Both the position numbers and the translations under genes were made by a program. The notes under the pieces were generated by a model, which was not told the origin of the DNA, did no database searches, and was given only the letters and a program-made list of their open reading frames with translations. DNA of 64,000 bases from Gnetum montanum (lineage: Eukaryota; Plantae; Gnetophyta), in contig MNCI01000737.1 in assembly GCA_015680685.1 (NCBI GenBank), positions 1-64,000 on the forward strand, written 5' to 3'. Below, one piece after another: positions 13,901 to 25,704 of the stretch (position 1 is the first letter of the stretch; each line of letters opens with the position of its first letter).

Positions 13901-16900
13901 AAATCCTTGTTTGATTTAATAATTTCATTAAGATCTATTTGCATAGTTCAATTTGAGGAAGAAATTTGATATTATAAAGGATTTGCTCATAGTTCTAAAC
14001 ATCTTTGTACTTGATCTAAGACCTCCAAGTGGGGGTTAAAGGTTTTAATCACATTTCTTGATGTTTCATGATAAAAGGGAGATAAACCCTAAGGATGCAA
14101 TGCCGAAGTATGTTCAAATTGATTTACATGTCTGATTTCTGTAAAGATAAGTCACTTTGATGTTTTATAGCATTTGTGTGAAGGATCAGGCTAATAGACC
14201 ACAAAATTCAAATTTGAAATCTGATCTATTTTGTTTTTTGCAACTCTACAATCACCACAACCTGACTATGACCTCCTCCACTCACAATTCAGTCATTGCT
14301 GCTCTCCAGAAAATCTCTGATCAAACCACAACTTGCAGTATTTTTCACTGCAACCCATGGTATTCTAAAGAATTTGGCATCAGCCACGACTCATAGCCAG
14401 CTTGCATCATTCATCACAACCCACAATCACTTATGGTCAACCCACCTCAGCAATTAGAAGGAAATTTGAATTTGTCTTTATGGCAACCCAAGCTTCCCTC
14501 ATTGTTAGCTTGCCATAGCACTCGCAAGTCCAACGCAACTTGCAGTCTCCTCGTGATCTAGAAGAAATCAACCACTGCAATCTGCTTTCAACTCATGGTT
14601 GACTTGCAGTCAGCTTTAACTGACCGAAGACTTCCACTACTAAATGTCTGAGCTCTCCAGGCCCACCTTGTTCTTGTGCATGCTCTAACAAGATAGCCTT
14701 TAAAGATAGGAAAACAAAACAATTTTACATGTTGCTTATTCCTAGGTACCATTCTTCCCATTTTAAACAAGTAAAAAGAAAATATTGTTCATAGAGAGCC
14801 TATTATTCTTTGTTTGTTGATATTTTAATACATATTAGCATCCTCAACTAAGCTAACATACCATCAAATGTGTTGTTATACTAAAAGTTTGTTGAATGAA
14901 ACATCGAAGAATGACATTATGATACAGGAAAAGATTGCATCAATAGGCTAAGACATCAGTGCTCATTACTTAAATGAGAATTGTAGACATTTGCCTATGT
15001 ATAGCATTATACTGTTGTTTGAAAAATCACATTTCCATTAATTTCACAACAAATCATGATACACCAATAAACATTCATGATACATATTACCTAAGAGACT
15101 AGTTCAAATGCATAGCACATTGCACATGATATTACACTGGTCAAACATTCATGGTACATATTACTTAAGAGACTATGTTAGATGCATGGCACATTGCACA
15201 TGGTATATTCTGCTAGTTAATTTTTTCAAAGATTTGTCATGGATAATATCAATCTAGGGTTAACATCAGCTTCATGTTTGAAAACTCTAAAGAACTGGGA
15301 TAGGGCATACGAGGTATATTCATTTATATATCGTATATTGAGCAGCAGTGGCACTAGTTAGCACCATATTTCAGTATATACACATTTTATTCAACTACTT
15401 TGTAACTTTTAATAGTTATTATTAATGCCAATCAAGAAATTTCAAAACAATATACCTTTTCTAGCACCAATCAAAAGAATATATATTTAAAAAAAAAAAC
15501 AATGCCAAAGAACAACAACATGTGCTTAAATATCAAACTAAAAAATCTCAAGGCAAAATTCAAATTATTTATGGTAGCAATCAATTACTTCTTGCAAGAG
15601 GAGACCTGTTTTAAAAAGCATGCCAGTAAGGTGTAGAAAATGTTACTATTTGAAAGCATGCATGAATTGGAATGGCAATGTTCACCTAGAAATTAACAAA
15701 AATAGTTCACAATTTTAAGTTTATTTTTACATACTAAAAGTGCTTTTGAATGTTTACCTACAGAAAGGTACCTAAGACAAATCTTCTGAAGAACTTCTAT
15801 TGTAGAATCACTAGCTCCTTTGTGAGAGAGGTCATCCGTTTTGCATTGAGTTTTTTCTTCCATGGAACTATTTGAATTCACTTCAGTCTGTTTTAGCTTC
15901 TTTTCAAGTTCATCTTGTTTAAATGACTTGTTCCTTAAAGGATCAAACATGGCCAAATCAAGCCTGTGTTTTATAGTATATCGTTGAAACTTATCATTAA
16001 GCCCTTTTGTCACCGCACCGTTTCCTTCCCAAGATTCCCCTCCAATTGATAAATCACCAAAGAGATCAATAGCACAGTAAGTTTGGAACTCCTGTGAAGA
16101 GAACGAATCTTGCCCAGAGATTTCTTCCGTATGATGGGTTTCTTCCAAAGAAGTTGAACCCTGAGAAAATGCTGTGCATAGTTAGAAAGAAAATGAAATA
16201 CTGAATATGACTACACCATTTCAATTTAGATAAGCTTGAAATTAAAATAATAATAAAGTGAACTAAATGTCCAATTCAAAACAAAAAATGTGTTTGATAG
16301 GCAAAGATGAAAGAGTGTAGCAGTATGCAGCTACTAGTAGAATAGAACATAAAATTTCTTCAGCTGACACTATTGAGACCAATGAAATCCAAAAATTTGA
16401 GGTGTATAGTGGTATTAGTAGTAAGATGCCAAATTCAAGCGTATATGTACATTCATGACTATTGATCATATTATTCATGTTTATATTGCTAATTTGAAAA
16501 TAAATTACATATAAAATGACAGCAAAAGACTATGGATGTGATTTCGACTGCACACTTATCACTGTAATTAATTGAAACTATACATAAGGAGGTTCTCATG
16601 AGGAAACAACGTACAAGGTGCGCTATGCACTCATGCTTATCCGAAAAAAGGGATAAAAGGAAAGCAAAATGACACAACCTAACAATGAACCTTGAGTGCT
16701 ATAAACACCAGTTAACATTGAACAAAAGAATAACCTTGGATTCTTCTTCATGAGCTTGACCAGGTGGAACAGTATCAGACAAAAATTCTTGAGCAACTTC
16801 AACAAGATTGAAAATCATAATACGCCCTTCTCGAGCATTAGAATTTGACTGTATCACAAAGGAAACCATGGAAATAAATTTAACATGAGTTGTATCATAC

Positions 16901-19900
16901 TCTTATACATAAGATTAATATAAGAAAACACATACATTGATTTAACAAACTGAATGATCATAAAAATGTCAACCTAGTGTCTGTTTTTACTTGTTAAAAT
17001 AAAACATCAACCTCGTATTTTGCAGATATGAGAACTAGATTCAATAGAGATGAGGCTGGAAAACCAACTATTATACTGTTGCAAATTGTAGTGCCTTGTA
17101 ACTCCAAACTATGATATCATATTATTAGTACCTTGGTTATACAGACGGACAGGCAGATAACATAATAGTCAAGCTTTGTGATTAGTTTCAAAATAGTGTT
17201 TATACAAGTATTGGCATATTTCACCATTTCTTACCAATTATCCTCACATTATTTGGTCTTGACTGAATTTACATATGCATCTACTTCAAAATTTTTAAAA
17301 TTTATATTTGATATTACTAAAAACAATTTCCATCATGACTACGTTTGCTTGACACATTCTCTTTGGACAAAAGAATTCATGTAGAAATTATTTGCACTTA
17401 TACATTTTATTACACATTTGAAACTGAAACTGAAAATTCTTTATAAAACTAAAGAGTGTCATTGGATCTATTGAATGGAATTCAATTTTGGCAATGTTTG
17501 TTAAAGAAATTGTGAAATTATTCTACGTAATAATCTCTCTGATTTGTTGTTTTATTTGCTATTTTAGAAATATAGGGGATTTGGTTCTATCTTTGACTGA
17601 AACTTATGAGGCATTATTAGAAGGTATCTTTGTTTCCTTATTTTGTTGAAGATTAGTTATCAACTTTCCCTATACTTTCCTTATTCTTTTTATCAACTTC
17701 CTTGTACTTTCCCTATTATTTAGGAAAGTTGTTTCTTGTATTCATTATATGTAGCTTATATGGCAATAATGAAAAAATGCGGTGAGAATTTTTATTCTTC
17801 ATAGAATTCCACATTAAAATTCCACATGGTATCAAAGGCATCTCTAAAGATTTTCAATGGCCGCTGATAAGGAAGTCTCATCTCCGGAAATCATCCCAAG
17901 CTGTATCAACCAACTAGGTGTCGTCAATCACTCGTCTTTTGTCATCACCGGCCACAAGCATAATAGCCAGAATTATCTCTCTTGGTCACAATCTGTTTTG
18001 ATCTTTATCACTGGTAAAGGTAAAGATGAATACCTTACCGATGAAGCGGTCCAACTAGAGAAGGAAGATGCATCCTTTCGAGCATGGAAGATGGAGAATA
18101 ATTTGGTTACATCATGGCTTCTCAATTCCATGATAAATGAGATAGGAGAAAATTTTCTCCTATATGAAATAGCAACAGAAATTTGGGAAGCCGCTAAGGA
18201 GGCATACTCACACGTTGAGAACAAATCTAAGTTGTTAGAGATTGAGAGTATTTTTTATGATCAACAACAAGGAAATCTCAACATCACACAATACTTCAAC
18301 ATTCTCAATTGTCATTGGCAACAATTAGACATGCTCCAAGAATACAAATGGAAGTGTCCCGACGATGCCACATATTACAAAAAGATTGTTGAAGAAGCAA
18401 GCCTATACAAGTTCTTAATCGGCCTAAATAAGAACTTGGATGATGTTCATGGACATATTTTATCAAAGAGCCCTCTACCAAGTCTTCATGAAGCATTTGC
18501 CAATGTCCAATGTGAAGAGAGCTGCAAGAAAATCATGATGGAAAAGCAAGGCACATCCAACAATTTTGAAGCTTCTGCAATGGCAGCTCATGGAGGACAG
18601 CCAACATTCAACAATGAAAAGCAAAAGAAGGAGAGGCCTAAATGTGACCATTGTCACAAACTTGGTCACACAAAGGATCGGTGTTGGGAATTACATGGCA
18701 AACCCGATGATGTCAAATCTGCACTCGAAAAGATAGCAAAGGACATTCAGCCACAACTAAGAGAAAACCAAAAATCACCGACACCACTCTCTTCAGCAAA
18801 GAACAACTCAAATTACTCCAGAAACTGTTCAAGCAGCAGCAGACCAGTTCATCCTCCTCTCTCATAGCCACCAAATCTATTGCTCACAAAGGTAAAATCA
18901 TGCACGCTTTCAATGTTAAAGGAAAAAATTCTGCTGTTTGGATAGTCAACTCTGGGGCATCTAATCATATGACTAAAGACTCATGGTTATTTATTGAAAT
19001 CAATCCATGTAAGGAGAAGTGGCATGTTCGAATTGCTAATGGAACACATTCTCAAGTGGCTGGAATTGGAATAGTGATATTAACCAAGGATTTGACACTT
19101 CGCTCAGTTTTGTTTGTTCCAAAGTTGGATTGCAATTTGTTATCAATCAATAAACTTACACAAGATTATAATTGTGTCAGTAAATTTTTCAAAAACTTGT
19201 GTGATTTTCAGGATATGGATATAGGGAGGACAATTGGTATGGCTAAGGAAAGTTTGAGGTTATACCTACTTACAAGTAGTAACTCTCCACATGAACAAGC
19301 TCTAAAAGTTGGTAGTCTATGTTTTCAAGATTCATATTCTAGTGTTTCTATTTCTCATTCCAATAATGAAGCCATGCTATGGCACTTTTGTTTAGATCAT
19401 CCCAATTTTGGGTATCTTGAAAGATTGTTTCCATTATTATTCAAGAATAAAAATCCAAATTTGTTCCAATGTGAAGTGTGTCAATTTTCAAAGCATACAC
19501 GAAGTCCATTTCCAAATCAATCATATAAACCTGCTTGTCCTTTTTCAATAATTCATAGTGATGTGTGGGGTCCCTCTCAAGTAAAACATCTTTCAAGATC
19601 ACGATGGTTTGTGTCATTCATTGAAGATCACATTCGCATGACATGGGTATATCTCTTAAAAGAAAAATCCAAAGTTGATCAAGTCTTCAAAAATTTCAAC
19701 ATCATGATTTACACTCAATTTCAAACCAAAATTCAAATTCTCAAAAGAGACAATTGCAAAGAATATTTCAAGTCTATATTGGGAGAACATCTATTGAGTT
19801 AAGGAATCATTCATCAAAGTTCCTATGTTGACACCCCACAACAAAATGGCATTGCAGAACAAAAAAATAGACATCTTCTTGAAGTTGCCCAATCCCTAAT

Positions 19901-22900
19901 GTTTTCAACCAATGTTCCCAAACAATTATGGGGAGGATGCCATCCTCACTGCATCATTCTCCCCATTTATCCCAATACTACCATTCAGGGGGAGAGTGAA
20001 TATAATAAGGAGTGCCAATCTTGGGATGTTGAGAATGATTCAAAATTCCCTCATAACATCGGAACTCCTATAGTTTTCACTTATGAACATGTCAACCAAG
20101 CCTTCCAATCTACTCTACCCAAGCCCACTTCTCAAGAGCCTAACCCTGAGTCTAACCCTTCTTCAAACTCACAAACAAATGATGAGCTAAGTGTCCATTC
20201 TAGGAGAGGAAGTGCACAACATCAAGGAGAACCTCCAACTTCTCTTGAACCCATCCAAAAGTCCAACTCAGATTCATTAAATGAAGGTAACACAATTTCT
20301 AAGATTGTTACTAGTGATACTCCTGATGATTTGGGTTGGCCAATTGCTCTAAGGAAGGGTGTTAGATCATGCACTCAGCATCCAATTCGTAAGTATGTCT
20401 CTTACTCTAATTTTTCAGCAAATTTCCATGCCTTTGTCATGAGTTTGGATGCTATACAAGTTCCTACTAATGTCAAAGAAGTGCTTTAAAATCCCTTATG
20501 GAAGGCAGCAATTCTTGAGGAGATTCGGCCTCTTGAAAAGAATCAGACATGGGAGATAACTGATTTGCCTCCAGGAAAGAATCCAATTGGGTGCAAATGG
20601 ATATTTATAGTGAAGTATGAGGAAGATGGCAATGTTGATAGATACAATGCTCGCCTCATTGCAAAAGGTTTCACTTAGTTTTATGGCATTAACTATCAAG
20701 AAACATTTGCTCCTGTAGCCAAGCTTAACATTGTCAAGGTTCTCTTATCTCTTGCTGCCAACCTCGACTAGCCACTATTTCAGTTAAATGTGAAGAATGC
20801 TTTCCTAAATGGAGACTTGAAAGAGGAAGTATACATGAAAATTCCTCCAGGGTTCGAGACTCATGCTACAAGGAAGCAAGTCTGCAAGTTGAAAAGGTCT
20901 TTGTATGGTCTTAAACAATCTCTAAGAGCCTAGTTTGACAAATTTACAAAGGTGGTGAAGTTGCATGGGTACTCCCAAAGCCAAGCCAATCATACCTTGT
21001 TCATAAAAAGGTCCATAGTTGGTAAGGTATCTATTCTAATAGTTTATGTTGATGATATAATTGTTACTAGTGATTTCACAAAGGAAATGACTAATCTAAA
21101 GAAGGCTCTTACCAAAGAATTTGAGATCAAAGACCTAGAAAATCTCAGATATCTTCTAGGTATGGAGGTGGCTAGATTAAGGAGTGGAATTTCTGTATCT
21201 CAAAGGAAACATGTTCTAGATTTGCTTGAAGAATGTGGAATGTTGGGGTGTAAGCCAACAAACACTCCAATGGAGACCACTAAACTAGGGATTGTAGAAA
21301 TGGGGGCTCCTGTTGACAAAGGTCAGTATCAACGGTTAGTTGGTAGATTGATCTATCTCACATACTCATCCCGACATTGGATTCTCTATCAATGTTGTGA
21401 GCCAATTCATGAATGACCCAAGAGAAGAACACTTGGAAGCGGTCTACAAAATCCTAAGGTATTTAAAGTTGATGCCAAAAAAAGGACTACTCTTCAAGAA
21501 GTGCTCAAGCTGAGGGGTAGAGATATATAGTGATACAAATTGGGCAGGTTCTGTGACTGATCGAAAATCTACATCAAGTTATTGCACCTATTTTTGGGGT
21601 AATCTTGTTACTTGGAGAAGCAAAAAGCAATCTGTGGTATCAAGGAGTAGTGCAGAAGCTGAATTTCATGCTATGGCCCATGGTATTTGCAAAGGATTTT
21701 GGATCAGAAGACTACTCGAAGAACTTAAAGTTAAGATTGAAGAATCAATGAAGCTTCTCTGTGATAACCAATCAACAATCAGTATAGCCAAGAATCCAAT
21801 TCATCATGATCAGACTAAACATGTGGAGATTGATTGGCACTTCATCAAAGAAAAGATTGAANTTTTGGATCAGAAGACTACTCGAAGAACTTAAAGTTAA
21901 GATTGAAGAATCAATAAAGCTTCTCTGTGATAACCAATCAACAATCAGTATAGCCAAGAATCCAATTCATCATGATCAGAATAAACATGTGGAGATTGAT
22001 TGGCACTTCATCAAAGAAAAGATTGAAGGCAATGTCATCCTATTAGTCTACATGCAAACAAGTTCTCTAATTGCTGATATTCTAACAAAAGCCTTACCTA
22101 GAAAATGTTTCAAAGAATTAAGTTCCAAGCTAGGGATGAACAATATTTTCAGACCAGCTTGAGGGGGAGTGTGGAATTATTCTAGGCATTAATCTCTCTG
22201 ATTTGTTATTTTATTTGTTATTTTAGAAATATAGGGAATTCAGTTCTATCTTTGACTAAAACTTATGAGGCATTATTAGAAGGTATCTTTGTTTTCTTAT
22301 TTTCTTGAAGATTAGTTATCAACTTTCCCTATTCTTTTTATCAACTTTCCTTGTACTTTCCCTATGATTTAGGAAAGTTGTTTCTTGTACTCATTTTATA
22401 TAGCCTATACAACAGTAATGAAAAAATGCAGCAAGAATTCTTATTCTTCATAGAATTCCACATTAAAATTCCGTGGAATGCTTCATTTTCTTTGTATCTT
22501 GGCCCAAATTGTTGGGACAGAACATGTGACCTGCAGGAATTTCAAGTCAACTATAATACTATATCAATATGTTGGATTCTAGATGAGCAATGTTCTGATT
22601 AGGTTATCGTGATTACCTTTTTCCAATGATTTACATAATTATATTTTTATTCTAGAGTGTAACTAATCAAATTAGTTAGCTTTTTATTCACACCTTCATC
22701 ACAAAATGAAGAAAACTCCCAAAAAACAAAAACAAAAATAAAATAAAATAAAGAAAGAAAATAAAAGAAAAAGTTTAAACACTTCATTTTTAGGTGATAA
22801 GATATTGCACTTTCAAACTTCCCTGAAGCTTGAATAAATTTTGATATTTTTTCTTCGTCTTTAGCCTCTAATAAAGAAAGTTTTTTTTAATAAAATTTAA

Positions 22901-25223
22901 TATACATAAACACAAGATAAAGTACATGATTCCCAAAAAAATTTTAAAGATCATTATCAAATATGTAAAGATAAATTTAGTAGTACTTGATCCAAAAGCA
23001 TTGTTAGCAAATGATCAATGTCATCGTTTGACAGCCCTCCATGCTTTTGAATTTGTATTTTGGGTGCTTTATGAGGGTAACCAGGTAAACACCTGACAAA
23101 AACATATGAAGAGTTTAATAGGTTAATAACAGAAGAGTAAACACAGATAAAAATTTTTATTTACTAATCTAACTGCACTCTGGAGTTGCCCAACCAGATT
23201 TAAGGAACTAGCAGATTAACGAATCTAATTATCTATAGATGGTAGAAAATAAAATTACTCACCTTATTAGAAGTTCTACAAATATATCCTGACTATTGTA
23301 GGCATTTTCCATTGTCAGGGGTCTGCACAGACCGTGTTTAATGGATGTTTTAAGAAAAATAAAATAAAAATAAAAAGCTAGGAACAGAATAATGAAGTTT
23401 AAGACAGAAACAAAATCAATGCCAAATTGTTCTTACTAAGGGGTCCAAATCATACATAAAAGAACTCTCTCTTACCTAACAACAATAGAAATTAGTGGGG
23501 AGGGCTTCTCAAACAATAGTTTAAAATCTTCTTGAAAAATTGAAGACCTGACAAAAGCAAATGACTTGTCAGACTTCAGTACCATATTTCTGAAGAAAGA
23601 TACATAGGCATAACCATAGGTAATCATCAATAACAGTTTCTAGGAAAGGATATGAAATTACATTATCTGTAGTTGTGCTTACTGACAAATTTTGAGGCAA
23701 GATGCATGTGTTCATATCAAACCATGCCATTGTTCACTGTAGTTCAGTTTTGGACAAGAAAGACAAGGATAAAAAAGTAAAACAGGATAAAAAAGAAAAG
23801 AAAATTATCAACATTTTAGTGCTGATGATTCAGATATAATAATTTGTTTCTAGTTATGTTTATCTAATTGGTGATTATCTAGAGCTTTGGATTTTCCTCA
23901 ATCCATTAATGAGAAAAAGATAGCTAATTCACAGTAATCAACAGCATTGTCTTTTAAAAATTTAAGATTCAACTTCATCGAGTATAGCCAAAAAAACATA
24001 AAACATTGTTCCTCAATCTCAAGATAACTAGATAAGCTCTTCTTCTTCTTCTTCTTCTTTTTCTTTTTTCTTTTTCCTTCTTTGCATTTTTATATCCCTA
24101 TTATTATAGTATGCATAGTTGACATCTGCAGCGACTATGTTTAAAAGAATTAAAATATGTGAAAAATTGAAATTTTTAGAAATTCTGTATTTTGCCGATG
24201 CATTCATTCGCTAGATATGGAGTGTTCCATCTTATAGACGCATAACACCTGCTGGAAACCAGCTAGAATAGCAATTGGTTTGTAATTCTGGAAAAGATGG
24301 CTTGCATGGGAAAATTGAACAATAACGTTTTAGAAGGAAAAGAAAAACACTAATCTTTATGTTTATCGTAGCAACCAAGACGTTTCCTATGCAAATCACA
24401 ATAAAGCCCTTGCATTTATCATTTTCCGGTAGTTGTGCTTAAAAATCCAACAAGCGTTCTAAAAACACCGTTACCAAGCAAGACATATTTATACATTTTG
24501 TACTAGCTACGGTGATTAGAGTCAAAAGGAGTTTCATCGCTTATATATAGCATTGTCATCGAAGAAAGCATCATAAATTGGCGAAATTAGGCCCAGCATA
24601 ACGGCTTGAGATGTCTAATTGTACCGAACACATGGCAACTCCACATGGATTGAAAATTTTTGAAGGAAAATAAGTTGTCTTCTTTGAAAAGGTAATTCTA
24701 CTAGTTCCTTAGTATAACATAAACATACGAGACCATGCACATTAAAATGCGTAAAGTAGAGCTCAGTTTTAAACAAAATGAATAGCTAAACGTAAAAGAT
24801 TGGATGGAATAAAAATAATTTTCAAATCTGAAGTAAATATGTTACTTCAAAAAGAGAATTCAAACGATAAAATTCGTACTAGAAGGCAAAAGATGAGTAT
24901 TCCCATCAACGGCTTTACAGTGAATGATGGAAACATGAAGGGATTCCTTGAAACGAATAGCACGGGCTCGAATTTTAACGGAAGTAATGGCCAAAAACTA
25001 AAAATTCAGACAACATTGAACACAAAGAAATCCGTAATAGAGAGATATCGATTACCGCAAAATTATGCAAGTCAGATAAGATAATAGTATGAAAGTAAAC
25101 ATACAATGCGGTGATCTCATCTGCAATCAAATCAGCACAATCGCCATCGTGAGCTTGGGCAGAGAATTTGCCTTTGCTTTTGGCGGCACCAGCCTTTCTT
25201 CGCTTGCGATTGCCTTTGGCCAT
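1803..25223 (-). CDS. GCN2: eIF2-alpha kinase GCN2, 5' part: 11 coding exons from the RWD domain to kinase subdomains I-II; gene continues beyond base 1
   Basis: Manually spliced GT-AG exons join in consistent phase with no stops: [10 protein letters not shown]...ADEITAL|SSIFQEDFK...R|PLTM...LLIR|[13 protein letters not shown]...LLDQ|[24 protein letters not shown]...|...IDLFG...|KKDLIM|[11 protein letters not shown]...|...|...[13 protein letters not shown]|[28 protein letters not shown]. This follows the plant GCN2 motif order. Confidence 0.96.
2192..7901 (+). mobile_element. Near full-length degenerate L1-clade LINE in GCN2 intron 10 (antisense to the gene), with extra 3' coding domain
   Basis: 15-bp TSD GGTTAAAAATCACAT at 2177-2191 and 7902-7916; AATAAA at 7874 and a short A tail. 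ORF1 remnants with zinc knuckle [17 protein letters not shown]2: KILSWNCRG (3432), [36 protein letters not shown], zf-RVT CPLY...[10 protein letters not shown]. Many stops and frameshifts. Confidence 0.95.
6421..7497 (+). pseudogene. Extra LINE coding segment: plant-transposon-associated domain followed by a coiled coil
   Basis: [35 protein letters not shown]...[11 protein letters not shown], then E/R/Q-rich helices; lies inside the TSD-bounded LINE and starts in the same frame as the zf-RVT. Confidence 0.6.
8131..8554 (+). mobile_element. 5'-truncated LINE copy (3' end only), same family as 10646-13700
   Basis: Encodes [24 protein letters not shown], homologous to [25 protein letters not shown] at 11010-11130 (-); G/T-rich 3'UTR and poly(A). 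Confidence 0.8.
8652..8821 (-). mobile_element. tRNA-derived SINE with (TTTCAG)n tail
   Basis: Head GAGGTGTTAGCTTAGTGG (A box) and AGTTTGATTCC (B-box-like); head shared with copies at 26.7-29.5 kb; tail TTTCAGTTTCAGTTTC shared with 17420-17480. Confidence 0.7.
9276..9384 (-). CDS. GCN2: GCN2 exon 10 (start of kinase domain)
   Basis: [10 protein letters not shown]...[14 protein letters not shown](G); CAG acceptor and GTAAG donor. Confidence 0.93.
9494..9595 (-). CDS. GCN2: GCN2 exon 9
   Basis: [34 protein letters not shown]; CAG acceptor and GTAAG donor. Confidence 0.88.
9687..9773 (-). CDS. GCN2: GCN2 exon 8
   Basis: [29 protein letters not shown]; CAG acceptor and GTATG donor. Confidence 0.9.
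9880..9920 (-). CDS. GCN2: GCN2 exon 7
   Basis: [13 protein letters not shown]; NAGNAG acceptor (CAGCAG at 9926-9921, so the start may be 9923); GTAAT donor. Confidence 0.8.
10646..13700 (-). mobile_element. 5'-truncated, internally deleted L1-clade LINE in GCN2 intron 6
   Basis: ~50-nt A-rich tail at 10646-10697; endonuclease remnants at 13.2-13.7 kb; RT motifs [34 protein letters not shown]; jumps at about 11710 into a coiled-coil 3' ORF. Confidence 0.9.
15070..15215. repeat. Imperfect ~75-bp tandem duplication
   Basis: AAACATTCATG.TACATATTAC.TAAGAGACTA...GCACATTGCACATG occurs twice. Confidence 0.75.
15758..16160 (-). CDS. GCN2: GCN2 exon 6 (linker containing IDLFG)
   Basis: Matches ORF 15693-16148; CAG acceptor at 16163-16161; the GTAAAC donor gives phase 1, which fits exon 7. 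Confidence 0.82.
16735..16848 (-). CDS. GCN2: GCN2 exon 5 (end of RWD)
   Basis: [38 protein letters not shown]; CAG acceptor and GTTAT donor. Confidence 0.9.
17511..22475 (+). mobile_element. Ty1/copia LTR retrotransposon (Ale/Retrofit-like), degenerate, in GCN2 intron 4
   Basis: LTRs 17511-17826 and 22170-22475; PBS TGGTATCAAAGG at 17827; PPT GAGGGGGAG at 22161. Gag with [56 protein letters not shown]. Stops, frameshifts and a deletion in the INT C-terminus. Confidence 0.96.
17857..22162 (+). pseudogene. copia gag-pol polyprotein (disrupted)
   Basis: ORF fragments 17857-18867, 18900-19802, 19899-20489, 20952-21416 and 21553-22162 in copia order GAG-PR-INT-RT-RH. Confidence 0.93.
22987..23092 (-). 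CDS. GCN2: GCN2 exon 4 (RWD YPxxxP motif)
   Basis: [35 protein letters not shown]; CAG acceptor and GTACT donor. Confidence 0.93.
23263..23322 (-). CDS. GCN2: GCN2 exon 3 (RWD)
   Basis: [20 protein letters not shown]; CAG acceptor and GTGAG donor. Confidence 0.9.
23476..23547 (-). CDS. GCN2: GCN2 exon 2 (RWD)
   Basis: [24 protein letters not shown]; CAG acceptor and GTAAG donor. Confidence 0.92.
25105..25223 (-). CDS. GCN2: GCN2 exon 1 (ATG, basic N-terminus, start of RWD domain)
   Basis: [40 protein letters not shown]; donor GTATGT at 25104; phase 2. Confidence 0.92.
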
Positions 25224-25704
25224 AGCAACGACAATGACGCAAAGCTAACCAAGATTGATCTTAGTTTAAAAATCTCAAAACAGTGCCACATGCAATGAAT
25301 CTATATCTCTTTTCCGTGTGCTGGATCGGTTGGAAACGGCTGCGTAATTTAGTTTAAAGCTTTCTCTGACGTGAGGCAGCCGACTTCCGTTATTTCAGCT
25401 GTGGCATTGGAACATGCTCCAAACATCGGAGGTCAATTTCCACTTTGGTTAGGGCCGTGGAAGTTACTATTTTTTCCATTCTTATTTTAGAGTTTATGGA
25501 TTGCAGTTGTAAGTTTCCAGAATGTGTTTGTGTTGTCGTTTTGATTATAAATCAAAAATTACCGTGATGCACAGAGACTTGTTGGAACTTGAAGAAAAGC
25601 ATGGACGCTTTTTACGAATACGAAATGAATAAAAACTATAGTACTTAAAAAAAATAAAAGCTAATATGCAAGCATGCAACACTACACTTCCTGATTTTAC
25701 TAAT

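Noticed and set aside
14150-14700. C-rich intronic segment with short ORFs
   Set aside because: No motif, terminal repeat or splice-phase fit to GCN2; exons 6 and 7 join in phase without it.
21697-22027. ~165-bp tandem duplication in the copia RNase H region
   Set aside because: The two near-identical copies are joined by a single N at 21862, so this is most likely an unmerged contig overlap.
24800-25298. Plus-strand ORFs antisense to GCN2 exon 1 and intron 1
   Set aside because: Short, no recognisable motifs; expected by chance.
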